A DNA stretch of 62,975 nt, filler included, from Stramenopiles sp. TOSAG23-6 (Eukaryota): NCBI GenBank assembly GCA_900128565.1. It is 13 parts of 13 records of this genome, joined end to end, with 100 filler letters (N's around TTAATTAATTAA, not from the genome) between each part and the next. Parts side by side here need not be neighbours in the genome. Positions count along the whole stretch, not along the records: positions 58,239 to 62,975 come from LT637069.1; 12 more parts are not named here. One strand, given 5' to 3'. The notes below the pieces were generated by a model. The model worked only from the letters and a program-made list of their open reading frames with translations, searched no databases and was not told the DNA's origin. Position 1 is the first letter of the stretch. Each line of letters opens with the position of its first letter. This document shows, piece by piece, positions 61,783-62,975 of the stretch. The position numbers and the translations under genes are program-made.

Positions 61783-61811
<29 letters not shown>

Positions 61812-61869
61812 TGTATGTATGTATGTATCTATCTATGTATCTATNTATCTATCTATCTATCTATCTATC
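61783..61869. repeat. Compound (TATG)n/(TATC)n microsatellite
   Basis: Tetranucleotide runs read directly from the sequence. Confidence 0.95.
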
Positions 61870-62067
61870 TGTAGATTCCGATATATTTTTTACTCAATCA
61901 CTGAATAAAAAATGTAAAAATTTCATCGGAGTTTTTCTTTTATTTTTTCGGAATTTCTTGTCGGTGTCGTCGATCCAGTGATCATACTATTACAGAACTG
62001 TAGCATGTATTGTAAGGTGTACAACGTAATATCTATAGTTTAGATCAGACTTTACTACATACTACAA

Positions 62068-62169
62068 CCGTAAGATATAAAGGATAAGCCTTTACTAAGT
62101 ACTACACAAACCTAAGATATAAAGGATAAGCCTTTACTAAGTACTACTAACCTAAGATAAAGGATAAGA
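62068..62169. repeat. Tandem repeat, ~40-43-nt unit, about 2.5 copies
   Basis: TAAGATATAAAGGATAAGCCTTTACTAAGTACTAC is repeated. Confidence 0.85.
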
Positions 62170-62975
62170 CTGTCAGACTTTTGTGTTTGATCAAATTGTA
62201 AGTCGTGCCTATCAATAGTTGTATAGTGTAATTTTAATGTATCGATTTGCATTATTTCATCTCTTTTGTTAACTTTGTCGACTTTGTATTACTTCGTATC
62301 TTTTATTACAGAGATTCTCAATAAACAACAACAGAATAGAAGAAACTTCATTACAATATAAAGAACAAGCGTGAATAAGGTTTTGCTTTTTTTTTTCATA
62401 GGAAATTCTCTACCTAACGATTGTACGGATTTTCTTGTACACAAACAAACACAGAAAAACATTTCAAACTAGACATTAGGATTAGGGTTATTGAACATAC
62501 ACATTAGTGATATTCTATAATATACTTGAAAAACTATTGAACATAAATTAGTGATACTTTTTTATACGAAAATTCGTACCTAAAGAAAAAGAAAAAAAAA
62601 GTGTAACCCTAACCCTAACTTGTATAAATCTACTTGAAATCTCTTCGTCTATTTTTTTCAGTTTTAGAACGTATAAAAAAAAGTAGGGTTAGGGTTACTA
62701 CAGAATCATTTTCTGCTCAATTTATAAATTTATATAGTAAAACAGTGATGAAAAACAATAGTATAAAAACTAGAACAGAAGAAATTCAAGACATAAAAGA
62801 ATTGTCAACATTAGGTACACATTTTGGTACGAATTTCCCAATTTCTTTAATTGATCATGTTTTAAATCAACAAAAACAAAGAAAACTTGATAAATTATCA
62901 TCTTTGGATGAAAATATTTCAAAAAAAAATTCGTTAGGTACAAAATTTCCTATAAAAAAAAAAAAAAAAAAAAAA

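Noticed and set aside
40-62950. Recurring GTACGAAATTTTGTACCTAAC as a CRISPR or REP-like repeat
   Set aside because: The copies are dispersed inside introns of eukaryotic genes, with no spacer array and no cas genes.

Overview
This is AT-rich eukaryotic (protist-like) nuclear DNA. It consists of 13 unrelated ~4.7-kb contigs joined by artificial N-TTAATTAATTAA-N linkers, so adjacency across a linker means nothing; one contig (ERCC1 plus an SLC12 transporter) appears twice. About 30 compact genes are recognisable, including HSF, an SLC12 cotransporter, a SIRT6/7-like sirtuin, GPATCH1, a CAT transporter, a DBH-like monooxygenase, a macro-USP fusion, ALDH9, ETFA, SHPK, a Myb factor, atlastin and a TBC RabGAP. 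The outstanding signal is the introns. Nearly all belong to one sequence family of mostly 87-125 nt: 5' GTAYG, an internal TTTCGTACGAAATTTTGTACCTAAC core, and a 3' end GAAATATTTTT..(C/A)AATAY-NN. Restoring the reading frame, and where available conserved protein motifs, requires 3' ends that are usually not AG. In my manual count of 38 introns, 27 end in AT, 5 in AG, 3 in TT, and 1 each in TC, AA and GT; one is GC..GT and one is AT..TC. The upstream exons usually end in AT, which gives a 2-nt direct repeat and an ATGTAT/ATACAT terminal inverted repeat. This points to a genome-wide non-canonical, introner-like splicing system. All boundaries are inferred from DNA alone and need transcript confirmation.
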